Shown piece by piece: positions 39,856 through 60,010 of a stretch of DNA of 64,000 nucleotides; within the stretch, counting starts at the first letter, position 1; each line of letters opens with the position of its first letter. Source of the DNA: the human T2T-CHM13v2.0 reference genome, Homo sapiens; NCBI RefSeq assembly GCF_009914755.1, contig NC_060927.1, one strand, 5' to 3'. The notes below the pieces were generated by a model that did no database searches, was not told the origin of the DNA, and worked only from the letters and a program-made list of their open reading frames with translations. A program made the translations under genes and the position numbers.

Positions 39856-42800
39856 CACGTTTTCTTTATCCACTCATCAATTGATGGGCATTTGGGTTGG
39901 TTCCATATTTTGCAATTGCAAATTGTGCTGCTGTAAACATGCATGTGCAAGTGTCTCTTTTGCATAATGAGTTCCATTTTTCTGGGTAGATACCTAGTAA
40001 TGAGAGTGCTGGATCAAACGGTAGATCTACTTTTAGTTCTTTTAGTTCTTTAAGGAATCTCCACACTGATTTCCATAGTGGTTTTACTAGTTTACATTCC
40101 CACAAACAGTGTAAAAGTGTTCCCTTTTCACCACATCCACGACAACATCTATTTTTTTATTATTTATTTTATTATGGCAATTCTTCCAGGAGTGAGGTAG
40201 CATCACATTGTGGTTTTGATTTGCATTGCCCTGATAACGAGTGATGTTGAGCATTTTTCCGTATGCTTGTTGGCCGTTTGTATATCTTCTTTTTGAAATT
40301 GTTCATTCATGTCTTTAGCCCACTTTTTGATGGGATCATTTATTTTTTCTTGCTGATTTGTTTAAGTTCATTGTAGATTCTGGATATTAGCCCTTTGTTG
40401 AATGTGTAGATTGTGAAGATTTTTCTCACACTTTGTGGGTTGTCTGTTACCCCTGCTGATTATTTCTTTTGCTGTGCAGGAGCTTTTTAGTCACATCTAT
40501 TTATCTTTGTATTTGTTTCACTTGCTTTTGGGTTCTTGGTCATGAAGTCTTTGCCTAAGCCAATGTCTAGAAGGGTTTTTCTGATGTTATCTTCTAAAAT
40601 CTTTATGATTTCACATTTTAGGTTTAAGTCCTTGATTCAGCTTGAGTTGATTTTTGTATAAGGTGAGAGATGAGGATCCAGTTTCATTGTTCTACATGTG
40701 GCTTACCAATTATCCCAGGACCATTTGTTGAATAGGGTGTCCTTTCCCCACTTTATGTTTTGGTTTGTTTCGTCAAAGATCAGTTGGCTGTAAGTATTTG
40801 GCTTTATTTCTATTATTTACTATTGGTCTATATGCATATTTTTATACCAGTACCATGCTGTTTTGGTGACTATGGCCTTATAGTATAGTTTGAAGTCAGA
40901 TAATGTGATGCCTCCAGATTTGTTCTTTTTGCTTAGTCTTGCTTTGACTATGCAGGCTCTTTTTTGATTCCATATTAATTTTAGGATTGCTTTTTCTAGT
41001 TCTGTGAAGAATGATGGTGGTATTTTGATGGGGATTGTATTGGATTTGTAGATTGCTTTTGGCAGTATGATCATTTTCACAATATTGATTCTATCCATCC
41101 ATGAGTATGGGAACATGTTTCCATTTGTTTGTGTCATCTATGATTTCTTTCAGCATTGTTTTGTAGTTTTTCTTATAGAGTTATTTCACATCCTTGGTTA
41201 GGTATATTTCTAAGTATTTTATTTTTATGTGTGGCTATTGTGAAAGCAGTTGATTCGTTGATATGATTCTGAGCTTGATCATTGTTGGTGTATAACAGAG
41301 CTACTGATTTGTGTAAATTAACTTTGTATCCTGAAACCTTGCTGAATTTATTTACTAGTTTTAGGAGCTTTGAGGATGAGTTGTTAAGGTTTTCTAGATA
41401 TACGATTATATCATCAGCAAACAGCAATCATTTGACTTCCTCTTTACCAGTTTGGATGCCTGCCCTTCATTTATTTGTCTTGTCTAATTGCTCTGGCAAT
41501 GTCTTCCAGTACTATGTTGAATAGAAGTGGTGAAAGTGGGCATCCTTGTCTTTTTCCAGTTCTCAGAGCAAATGCTTTCAACTTTTCCCTGTTCAGTATG
41601 TTGGCTGTGGGTTTGTCATAGATGACTTTTATTACTTTAAGTTAGGTCCCTTCTATGCCAATTTTGCTGAGGGTTTTAACATAAAAGGATGCTGAATTTT
41701 GTCACATACTCTTTCCACATCTATTGAGATGATGATGTGATTTTTGCTTTTAATTCTGTTTATGTGATGTATAACATTTATTGACTTACATATGTTAAGC
41801 CATCTCTGCATCCCTGGTATGAAACAAACTTGATCATGGCATATTATCTTTTTGATATGCTATTGGATTTGGTTTGCTAGTATTTTGTTGAGGATTTTTG
41901 CATCTATATTCATGAAGGATATTGGTCTGTAGCTTTCTATTTCGTTATACCCTTCCCTGGTTTTGGTACTAGGATGATACTGGCTTCATAGAATGATTTA
42001 GAGACAATTCCCTCTTTCTCTGTCTTTTGGAATAGTGTCAATAGTATTAGTACCAATAATTCTTTGAATGTCTGATATAATTTAGCTGTGAGTCCATCTG
42101 TTCCTGGACTTTTTTGTTGGCAATTTTTTTATTACCATGTCAATCTTGCTTCTTGTTATTGGTCTGTTCAGAGATTCTATATCATCCTGGTTTAATCTAG
42201 GAGGGTTGCATATTTCTAGGAATTTATCCATCTTCTCTAGGGTATTTCTGTGGTATCAGTTGTAATATCTCCTGTTTTGTTTCTAATTGATCTTATTTGA
42301 ATCTTCTCTCTTCTTTTATTGGCTATTCTTGCTAATGGTCTATCAATTTTATTTATCCTTTTAAATAATCAGCTTTTTGTTTTATTTACCTTTTGTATTT
42401 TTTTCTTTCAATTTTATTTAGTTCTGCTCTGATCTTCATCCTTTCTTTTTGTCTGTTGGGTTTGGGTTTGGATTGTTCTTGTTTCTCCATTTCTGTGAGG
42501 TGTGATGTTAGATTATCTATTTGTGATCTTTCAAACTTTTTGATGTAGGCAGTTAAAGATATGAACTTTCCTCTTAGTACCACTTTTGCTGTATTCCAGA
42601 GGTTTTGATAGGTTGTGTCACTATTATCATTCGGATTAAAGAATTTTTTGTATTCCAACTTAATTTCATTGTTGACCCAGTAATCATTCAGGAGCACGTT
42701 ATTTATGTTTTATTTATTTGCCTGGTTTTGAGAGTTCCTGTTGGAGTTGATTTCCAATTTTATTCCACTGTCGTCTGAGAGAGTACTTGATATAATTTTG

Positions 42801-43801
42801 ATTTTCTTAAATTTACTGAGTCTTTTTTTTTGCCTATGATATGGTCTGTCTTGGAAAATGTTCCATGTGCTGATAATAGAATGTATATTCTGCAGTTGTT
42901 GGGTAGAGTGTTCTGTAAAGATCTGTTAAGCCCATTTGTTGTAGAGTTAGGTTTAACTCCATTGTTTCCTTGTTGACTTTCTGTCTTGATAACCTCTCTA
43001 GTGCTGTCAGTGGAGTATTAAAATCTCCCACTACTATTGTCTATCTCAATTCTTAGGTCTAGTAGTAATTGTTTTATAACTTTGGGAGTTCCAATGTTCA
43101 GTGCATATATATCTAGAATTGTGATATTTTCCTATTGGGACGGTTCCTTTTATCATTATATAATGTCCCTCTTTGTCTTTTTTAACTGCTGTTGCTTTAA
43201 AGTTGGTTTTGTCTGATATAAGAATAGCTACCCCTGCTCACTTTTGAAGTCCATTTGCGTGGAAAATCTTTTTTCACCCCTTTACCTTAAGTTTATGTGA
43301 GTCTTTATGTGTTAGGTGAGTCTCCTGAAGACAAGAGAAACTTGCTTGGTGAATTTTTATTCATCTGACATTCTGTATCTTTTAAGTGGAGCATTTAGGC
43401 AATTTACACTCAATGTTAGTATTGAGATGTGAGATACTATTACATTCATCATGCTTTTTTATTGCCTGAATACCTCGTTGTTGTTGTTATTGTTGTTTTT
43501 AATTTTGTTATTGTTATATAGGTCCTGTGAGATTTATGCTTTAAGGAGGTTCTATTTTGGTGTAATTCTAGGATTTGTTTCAAGATTTAGAGCTCCTTTA
43601 GCAGTTCTTATAGTGCTGGATTGGTAGTGGCAAATTATCTCAGCATTTGTTTGTCTGGAAAAGACTATATTTTCTTCATTTGTGAAGCTCAGTTTCACTG
43701 GATACAAAATTCTTGGTTGATAATTGTTTTGTTTAAGGGGGCCAAAAATAGGATGCTAATCCCTTCGAGGTTGTAGGATTTCTGCTAAGAAATCTACAGA
43801 A

Positions 43802-44236
43802 TTCCTGTGGTAGTTCTTGGAGCAAAAGTTTATGATACGAGTCTCCACACACTGCTCTGTCCAAATGGGAGCTGCAAGCTAGTCCTGCCTCCTGTCTGCC
43901 CTCTTAATACCATCCTCAATATACTTCCTAACACTAGCTGCAATTAATATTTCTATTGTTTTACCACATTAACATGGCATTTTATCTGTTTTCATTTGCA
44001 TTTTTTTCAAATACAAGTAAAATAGAAAATTTCTCACTACTCTGTCGGTGTTCCCAAGACCACCCTGTGTGGTTCTTATTACTGTGTCAGGAGGCATTAA
44101 GATGTGTTAGAAGGACTCGTGGAACTCAGAAAAGTTTTTAGACTCTCGATTATGGTTTATTACAACAAAAGAATACAGATTGAAATCAGCAAATTTAAAA
44201 GGTGTATAGGGCAGAGTCCCAAGCTTCAGTTGTCTT
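43802..44236 (+). repeat. Direct duplicate of 45953-46400
   Basis: Collinear match, e.g. gttcttggagcaaaagtttatgatacgagtctccacacactgctctgtccaa in both copies. Confidence 0.97.
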
Positions 44237-46192
44237 ATAGGTTTTCCTACATAGGTTACCTGATGCTTTTACCTCACAATTCTTAAGATTCTTTCCTTTG
44301 TCATGACTTTAGATAACCTGATGACTATTTGATTAGGTGATGGTATTTTTGCAATGAATTCTCCTGGTGTTCTTTGAGCTTCTTGTATTTGGATGTGTAG
44401 ATCTCTGGCAAGGCTGGGAAAGTTTTCCCCAACTATTCCCGCAGATATGTTTTTCAAACTTTTAGATTTCTCTTTTTCCTTGGGAATACCAATTCTTCTT
44501 AGGCTTGGACATTTAACATAGTCCAAAACCTCTTGGAGTCTTTGTTCATTTTTTAAAATTATATTTTCTTTGTCTTTTATGGATTGGATTAATTTGAAGG
44601 CCTTGCCTTTGAGCTCTGAAGTTCTTTCTTCTGCTTGTTTGCTGAGACTTTCCAATGCATTTTACATTTCTTTGAGTGTGTCCTTCATTTCAAGAAGGTG
44701 TGGTTGTTTTTTATTTATGCTATTTCACTGAAAAATTTTCCTTTCATATCCTGTATCATGTTTTTGATTTATTTAAGTTAAACTTTACCTTTCTCTGGTG
44801 CCTCCTGGTTAGCTTAATAATCAACTTCTCAATTCTTTTTCTGGGAATTTGGAGATTTCATCTCAGTTTGGATCCACTTCTGGTGAGCTAGTATGATCTT
44901 TTGGGGGTGTTAAAGAACCTTGTTTTGTCATATTACAAGAATTGTCTTTCTGGTTTCTTCTCATTTGGATAGAATATGTCAGAGGGAAGATCTGGAATTC
45001 AACGGCTGCTATTCAGATTCTTTTGTCTCGTGGGGTGATCCCTTGATGTGGTGTTCTTCCCCCTCCCCTAGGAATGGGGCTTTCTGAGTGCCAAACTGTA
45101 TTGATTGTTTTTGCTCTTCTGTGTCTAGCCACCTAGAAGAGCTACTGGGCCCTGGGTTGGTACTGGGGAGTGTCTGCAAGGAGTCCTGTGATGTAATCCA
45201 TCTTCAGGTCTTGCAGCCACGGATACCAGCATTGCTCTGGTGGTAGTAGTAGGGAGTGAAGTGAAGTCTGTGAGGTAGCAGGGAGTGAAGCGGAGTCTGT
45301 GGAGTTGTGTTTTTGTTTAGCGTCTTGGTTTTGTGTTCATTGGCCTCCAGCCAGGGGGTGGCACTTTCAAGAGCACATCAGCTGTGGTCCTACAGGGAGG
45401 ATGCAAACTTGCCCTAAGGACACCTGGTTAACTGTTCAATTTTCTCAGGCAGTGGGCAGGGCCACAGAGCTCCAAAGAGATTATGACCTTTCTCTTCCAC
45501 TACCATGGCTGGTAGAGAAAGACCACCAGGTGGGGGCAGGGATAGGTGTGTCCGAGCTCAGCCTCTCCTTGGTCAGGGCTTGCTGTGGTTGCTTTGGCGG
45601 ATGGGGTGTGGTTCCCAGTCCAGTGGAATTATATTGCCAAGGGGATTATAGCTGCCTCTGCTGAGTCATACAAGTCACCAGGGAACTGAGGGAGATCTTG
45701 CAGTCACAGGCTTCACCCTGCTCCCACTCAACTCACAGTCCTAAAGGCCAGTCTCACTCTCACCATGCCCCACAAACAGCAATGAGTCTATTTCCAGGCA
45801 GCCGGTGACCAGGGCTGAGAACTTGCCCCAGACCGTGAGTCTCCCCATTGAGAAAGCAAGCAGACTCATAGTATTATGGCCTCTCAGGGAGCTTGTAGTG
45901 GTGATCCAGTTCCTTCAAAGGGTCTGTGAATTCCCTCGGCTTTCCTCTTATCTTCCTGTCGTGGTTCTTGGAGCAAAAGTTTATGATACGAGTCTCCACA
46001 CACTGCTCTGTCCAAGTGGGAGCTGCAAGCTAGTCCTGCCTCCTGTCTGCCATCTCAATCCCATCCTCAATATACTTCCTAACACTGACTACAATTAATA
46101 TTTCTATTGTTTTACCACAATAACATGGCATTTCATCTGTTTTCATTTGCATTTTTTCAAATACAAGTAAAATAGAAAATTTCTCACTACTC

Positions 46193-46831
46193 TGTCAGGT
46201 GTTCCCAAGACCACCCTGTGTGACTCTTATTACTGTGTCAGGAGTCATTAAGTTGTGTTAGAAGGACTCAGAACTCAGAAAAGTTTTTAGATTCTCAATT
46301 ACGGTTTATCACAACAAAAGAATACACATTGAAATCAGCAAAGTTAAAAGATGTATAGGGCAGAGTCCAGGAGATACTAGGCCCAAGCTTCAGTTATCTT
46401 CTTCTAGTAAAGTTGTGTGAACAGCATTTAATTCTTTTACCAATGATGTGTGTCAATACATATGGAATATTTCCTAACAGAGAAGCTCACTTGAGCTTCA
46501 TTCTCCAGGGTTTTTTTGTTTTGTTTTTTTTTTTTTTTTGCAAACTGCCCACATAGGCATAGAGCAATCACATGGTTGGCTTTATTCTGTCTCCAACCCC
46601 TCCAGAAGTCAAACTGATGCATTATGACCCAAATACTCTCTCAAGTTTCATTGTTAGCATAAGTTATCTGCTATGGCCAAAGGAACTTAGACATATGAAT
46701 ACAGTCTTACCTGGAAGAATAGTCCAAAGACGTAGAGATTTTCTCCCAGGAGCCAATGAGGAGAGAACTTTTTTTCGAAATGTGTGGGATTTGAATATCC
46801 CAGACCTGTTGAGTTAACTCTTTCCTGAACA
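46193..46831 (-). mobile_element. MER21-family LTR
   Basis: tgtcaggtgttcccaagaccacc...agaaggactcagaactcagaaaag...cagacctgttgagttaactctttcctgaaca, with TG...CA ends. Confidence 0.8.
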
Positions 46832-48574
46832 AGCCACCTCCCTGGTCCTGGACCTGACCAGATGACAAAACTTGATTTAGCTTTATCTTAAAATTGAAAC
46901 ATTTTTCTATAATTTATTAAAATACTCCTTAACCTAGTATTTTTTGCTGTATCTATCAACCAAAAAAAAAACACTGAAAATATATAAACATAAAAAGTTA
47001 AGTGATTCAAACTGATAAAGGTTATAGTTGGAAAGTAATTGAACCTATAAATCTTATGCTTTTCCCTGCCTAAAAGCTGCCTATATTAATGAGCTTTGGG
47101 AATTTTTTATGCTTGAAAAAATGCCCCTCCAGTTGGCATGAATCTACGTTTTGATCTCCCCAACAAAGACGTGTGCCAGAGACCTCAGAACGCAAGCTGT
47201 GGACCAAAGCAGCTGTGGGCACTGGCAGCTAATGCAGTGGGAAGATTATGGAAATTCTGATCCAACAGGGTTCTTGCTCTGCCCAGCATGCACCTGGGGT
47301 ATCCTAAACCCAGAGGAAATAGCAGTGCCAAGACCCATTAAGATCATGCAGCAGCTGGGGAATCAGGCCATCAGGCCAGTGACTTCCACTGGGGACCCCA
47401 GGCTGACCAGGTTTAGATGGTTATATAGGCCAGAGTCTGTGCAAGAGCACTCTACTAAGGGGAAAAGATGAGAATGAATTCTAGCCTGAATCCCACTTGC
47501 CAAATCTTAAGTTCTGGCATATGGTGTGCTATCTGTTTGGAGGAACGTTCATCTTTTTCTGATATTCACAAAGTTACTATGTGCTAATGATGGCACATCC
47601 CAGTAAATGTGGCATCTTCTTAGTCTTCTTCAAGTTAACTAGGAGAGTAAGATCATCTCCCTCTTCTTCATAGCATCATTGTTGAAGACACCAGAGGTTG
47701 AAACCAAACTACACGTGTGAACTAGAAAGTAAACTAATGCTAAATTGATGCTAAAAGCAGTAGCAGAATTTTGGTATTTGCCCTCAGTGAAATCATCATT
47801 GCACGCAATACTTTTGAATATCTGCTAATGTCCTAATGCCCATGAGCACATTAAGAAAGGGCCAAAAAATTATCAGGATTCTGAGGAAATGTCACATTTA
47901 CTGCCAAATTAACAAAGGTCTTAGTGTAAACATAAAGAAGTCAGTTTGTGTTGCAAAAGGTTTGGAATCTAATCCAATATTCATGAATTTATTGGTGGAG
48001 TTCTGTCAATGTGGGATGAAATATTAACAATGTTCAAAAGTAGCAAATCATTTTGTGTATCCCTTTTGTTGTCTTTTAAAGTGGTCATTATGTTGATATT
48101 AGATACTAATTTCTATAGATATGTAAAACTTTCTGATCATACTTATCCTGCCCCATGCACAATAATTATTTTTCCTTTTAGCAGCTTATTTCCACAAGGA
48201 CTAAGTCTTGCATTTCATTTTGTTTTCTTCAAAGACAATTAAACTACTTCGAAACTCATGCTAGCAGGAATATTTTTGAAGCCCAATTATATTATAGTTA
48301 TTTTAATTTTGGTGATCTTATGACATAAATTTATGATTTTGTGATATAGCATAAAACATTTTCTGCATTATTTTACATTTTGAATGATTTCAATCGCATC
48401 ACAGGTTTTGTTAAACTTTAAAATTAAATTTACCTATATTCTCATTTAATAATTATCAAGAAAAATTGTACGGTTCTGTAAGTAACTTATAACCTACTTA
48501 AAATATTTGAAGTGATTTACAAGTTACAGCAAATGCCAAGTAGAGTAATTATGGTGAAAATATAGAAAAAAATA

Positions 48575-48810
48575 CTACAATGTGCCAAGGACTGTGCTGA
48601 GTGTTTTCCATTTTCTGTATTCTTTAATTCTCATAATAATATTGTGCTTTGAACATTATTATCTCCATTTTACAGAGTGGAAACTAGGGCTCAAGGAATT
48701 TAAACGATGCATTCAGGATCATGTGACCAGAATGTGCTGGAAACAAGGCCCACATGCAGTTCTCTAACTCTAATGCCTACTCCCTGAGCCACTGCATTAT
48801 GCTGCCTCAG
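48575..48810 (-). mobile_element. MIR SINE
   Basis: tgtgccaaggactgtgctgag...attatctccattttacagagtggaaactagggctca...ccactgcattatgctgcctc. Confidence 0.85.
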
Positions 48811-48931
48811 AAACCATCGTAAAACAGCATTTTTAAATCCCTTTACCCATAACATAGCATTTGTATATTCTTTTACTATGATTTGAAATTTTAAACTACA
48901 ATTAGTTTCCTGATTAATGTAAAATAAAAAT

Positions 48932-49191
48932 TAGCATTTCTCAAATCATAGTCCATAGGCCACCTACAACAAAATTGTCTAAAATCATAGTCCATAAGTC
49001 ACCCACAACAAAATTATCTAAAATTATCAAAAGTCGAGCGACTAGGGTTCTACTGCAGAGGTACTAAATATATTTCTCCATTTCTTGTGGGAGAGTGGAG
49101 TTAGGGAGAAAGAGTGTGGAGAGTAGGTATGTGACTTTTTAAAAAGCTTCTCCAGATGACTTTTTTAGATGCCAAATTCTGAGAAACACTG
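48932..49191. mobile_element. MER5-like hAT MITE with an internal 39-bp tandem duplication
   Basis: agcatttctcaaa ... aaaaagcttctccagatgac...tgagaaacactg. Confidence 0.55.
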
Positions 49192-51679
49192 TTTGTTTGT
49201 AAATGATAGTCTAACAGAGAACCCTGAAGAAATGCCACTGCCATGTATCTTTTCAATAAAATTCAGCAAGGACTGCATGCAACAACAGTACTTCTAATTT
49301 TGTCAGGTTCTATATTTCTATGTTGATATATTCCAATCCCATATCATCACAAATTGTTAAAGGTTATCAACATTGTGACTTTGATTTTACTGTGTGCTAT
49401 TTATTTCTTGCTAGTATGAGAGTAATATCTAATCTTTTTACACTATTTCTCTTTTCTCTTAAAATGTTTTGTGAATAAATAGTTCCACTGAAATTCTTCA
49501 AGTTTATTTATGCTATCTCTGAAAATATTCACATTTATTTCTTATCTCTTTTCCTCAGAATATTAGTCATGAATAATTCTGCATTTTAATTTTTTCATTT
49601 AGCCACTGACTTAATCTAAAATGGATTTTATATCACATAGCCTTAAGAATCATCATTATTATTGAGATTATAGGCCTCCTTAAAAAGAATTAAGTGAACA
49701 CTAGTAAGCCATAATAATATTTCATTATTGTTAGCAGAGTATTAGTATAAATAACTGAATATCACAGGGTAAAGTAATAGGTAATATTTTTAGCTGTATG
49801 TTTTCAAACACACACACATACATACACATATTTACACAGAAAGTCAAAGTCAAAATATTGGTTACAGAATCCTGATCAGATTTGTGTTGCATCACTGACT
49901 ATGCAGAAACAGCCACTCAGCATCCAGCTTCACAACTTTCCCTACAGAAAAGCAAGCATCATGCCCTACTTGCTATTTTAATACCCACGGGGAAACACAA
50001 TCTAATCAGGCTTAGGCAGCTTTGGCCAAGTTATCCAAAATGAGGGCATAACATTAATTCATAATTCAGTGAAGGTGTATCTGTAGGGGGCAGACATAAC
50101 ACAATCCATTTACTTTGCTTTGTGATGATCCAGTTTGATATAATGCTAGAATTTGGATCTAAGAAAATTAAAAAGCAGTGAGTCCTTCTCCCTCGTTTCT
50201 CAAATATCAGATGCTTTAGGTAAACTGTTGATAAATTCCAGCTTACCTCAAATTCTGATTTAATTTTTCGAGTCTTTATGCTGTAGTATTTATATTTTCG
50301 AAACAATGTGCATAGATATTAAATAATAGTGTAGACTATAGGTATATTGAGATAACTTAGTAGTCAGCCTGTTTGAGACTAAGCATGCTCAGAAAGTTGT
50401 ATCTGAAGGTTTATTAAACCTGGTGAGGTTATTGATAATGTAATAATAGAACCACAAACATAAATTCAAAAAGGTTAGCATTTCTGAATCTTTATACTTG
50501 ATTTCATAGCTTGATACATCGCTGTACATTTACTCTGATCTGTGTCCAAGAATACCTTCAGTGTTCAAAGAAATATTATTATTTTCCACTGTTAAATTAT
50601 TTAACAGTTCAAAGAAATATTATAATTTTCCACATGTCATTAGCCCATAGAACATTTCTTCCTGGAGAAAGCCTCCAAGGAGGAGAGAAACAACCTGAGT
50701 AATATGAAGAGGTTCCAAAATAAGAGCTTAGCAAACTGGAGTTCAAAGACTTTACTGTGGCTTCTCCTATAACACAGAGTTCAAAGTAGCCATACCTGGG
50801 ACTCAGGAACATAATTTTTTGACTATGTTCCTCCTCCTTGAATCTTTCTTCCTCTAGTATAGCATGGCTACATCCTCTCTCCTATGTGACGATTTTCTCC
50901 TGTCTTTCAAATCTAGTACTGGGATGTCTTTGATCATCTCAAGTGTGATGTAGTATCACTTACCCTTTCTGTGCTGCAGTCTGTTTATTGGGTTTACTCT
51001 TCTTAGTATCTCTTGTCTTGTCCTCCAAATTCCATCTTTTTTGTCTGAAACAAATCTCACATTAAGCTCTTTGTTCAAGGCAACTGGCAGATTTTACAAA
51101 ACCTGAAGTTCATGCAATTAGCAAAGAAACAGTAGACTATGCAGGGTAAATGTGGACTACTACTCCTAATATAAGAAGGTCTAAGAACCCTGCAGGTCAT
51201 TATCAAACTGCCAGGTTTCAACAAAATAATCAATAATTGCCAAATAAAAACACATTGAACCAAAAATGCGAGTGAGAGGGAAGCAGATTAGAGATCCCTG
51301 TCTTTAAAGTAATAAACATTAGAGAGAATTAACTGATTGATGAACTATTAACATCTTTCATTCATTTAAATACTGTTAAGTAAGAACTTGGTGAAGGGTG
51401 ACAGAGAAAAAATGTGGGTCTTGTAGATTGGTTAATTTGCTTGTTTAAAACTTCAGCGTATCCAAGAAAATCAGTTTGACTTTAACAAAGGTGAAAAAGT
51501 ATCAGAAGATACTCTTCAGCTAAACAGTAGCAATTAAGAAACTTTCTTCACAGGAAGTGAAACAAAAAAGAATCATTAGTTTTGGATATAGTGTTTCTAT
51601 TTTTATGAGATTAATGGATACCCAGTTTATTTTCTTGTCTTAAAATTTCTTTTGAAAATGAGCTAAAAATCAACCCAAT

Positions 51680-51910
51680 TATTTTTGACGGTCCTGATAT
51701 AAGAACAAATACACAGAGTTGTTTGATCTTGGTTTCTAGGGAGCTGGGATCAAAATCGTACCCACCCCTTAGCAAACCATATTCTTTCTTGGACAAATCA
51801 ATAAACTTATGTCATTGTTTGTGAAAAAGGAATGAAGATAATATGTTTTAATTTAATGGGAAGGGATATAGCATAATATCTGTATATAATTGGAAGCTCA
51901 GTAAATAGCT
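51680..51910 (+). mobile_element. MIR SINE, decayed
   Basis: gctgggatcaaaatc...cttggacaaatcaataaac...tgtgaaaaaggaatgaagataata...aagctcagtaaatagc. Confidence 0.55.
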
Positions 51911-52539
51911 TTTGAAACTGGTCATATAATCTGTTGAGGCATTCCCTTCAAGTCCTAGCTTGGTTTTACATGGAATAAAACAAAAATATTTCTTTTATTT
52001 TAAATAATCTTGCCATATTATTCTTCACCTTGAGTAAGCATCTAAAGAGATTGAAGAACCACCGCAGATGATGTTTGACAATAAGTTACATTACGGATCA
52101 TGCTATGGTTACAGTAGGATAATTTTTAATTTACAGAGATTATATATACAGTAATGTCTTTGTTTCATTAAATAATTCTGATAAAGCTGCATAGATCTAA
52201 ATATGAGGGTATTATCTCAGTTGTGATTGTCAATAGTTTTATTATTACCTCTTTCTTTTCTCCACAAATTAGAAAAACCTCAAGAATAGTGCACAAAAGT
52301 GCAGATGCCACACTGTGTTTAAACCTTGGCCCTGCTGCATAATTGCTGTGGGACTTTTTGCCTTCACCAACTTCTCTGTGTTTTCACAGATAATGATAGT
52401 ATATTCCTCAAAAGACTGATGAAATGATTTAACTTTACTAATGATTAACACATATTCAAAAACATTCCTGGCCTGGCATATTAGCACAGAAATATTAGAT
52501 ATATAAATTGAGCATTATTACATTTCACAGTCAATATTT

Positions 52540-53290
52540 GTTTCAGTTAACCATTTTAAAAAATATCTTCAAACTCTACCTTCTTTCACCTCTGATCTTC
52601 GATTTGGGATAATTTCCCTTAAAGACTTTCAAATCTTTAAATAGAATATATTACGGGTAAACTCTCTGGGTTTATTTTTTTTGGCTAAAAACTAACTTTA
52701 CCTTCCTTTATAATATGCAATGCTTCTGGATGCAGAACTAAAGTTTATATTTTCTGACAACATAAATGATATTATCCTAAGGTCTCAGGGCTTCTATTTT
52801 TACTGTTAAGAAGTTCATTGTCAATCTAATTGCTTTACTTTGGAGATTCTCTCTTTTTATCTTCTCCACCCACCCCTATTATACACATACAATCACTTTT
52901 TCTTTCTTAAATTCTTTTGTTTTAATTTTTAGGTTTCAGTACCATGCATCTAGGTGTGAATTATGTAACTAACGTACTTTGATGTTTACTCTGCTTGGAG
53001 CCCAGTGAGTTTCCAAGGTTTGAAGATCAATGGCTTTTACCAACTCTTGAAAATCAATAGCCATGGTCTCTTCAAGTCCTGAACTCTCATTTTTTTTTCT
53101 TTCGTTTTGTTTTCTCTTGCTAGAAAGTTTGGTAGTTTTTGTTTTCCAAGTATCTTAGCTTTTTAAAATATTTTCTATTTTTTAGTTATTTAAACTTTAG
53201 TCAGAATAATTTCTTTAGACATTTCTTCCACATCACTATTTTTCTATTGCACTATATATAATCTGCCACCTAACCTTTTTAAGTTATAAA
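52540..53290 (-). mobile_element. Ancient L1M ORF1-region fragment
   Basis: cttctatttttactgttaagaagttcattgtcaatctaattg and caactcttgaaaatcaatagccat. Confidence 0.65.
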
Positions 53291-53309
53291 TTCTTACTAG
53301 TGAAGAAAG

Positions 53310-60010
<6,701 letters not shown>

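Larger units (their letters stand above)
39350..46061 (-). mobile_element. Full-length LINE-1, L1PB1-like, decayed
   Basis: 3' end caataggtttttggggaacagatggtgtttggttacatg. 5' end reverse complement GATGGCAGACAGGAGGCAGGACTAGCTTGCAGCTCCC. ORF2 peptides GDFNTPLTAL and LFADDIIVYLEN; ORF1 peptide ENFPSLARDLHIQIQEAQRTP. Confidence 0.95.

Noticed and set aside
50653-50727. Peptide HFFLEKASKEERNNLSNMKRFQNK loosely resembling ferritin helix B
   Set aside because: It needs a gap, lacks the following RGG motif, and has no flanking similarity or retrocopy hallmarks. Probably chance; tBLASTn would settle it.
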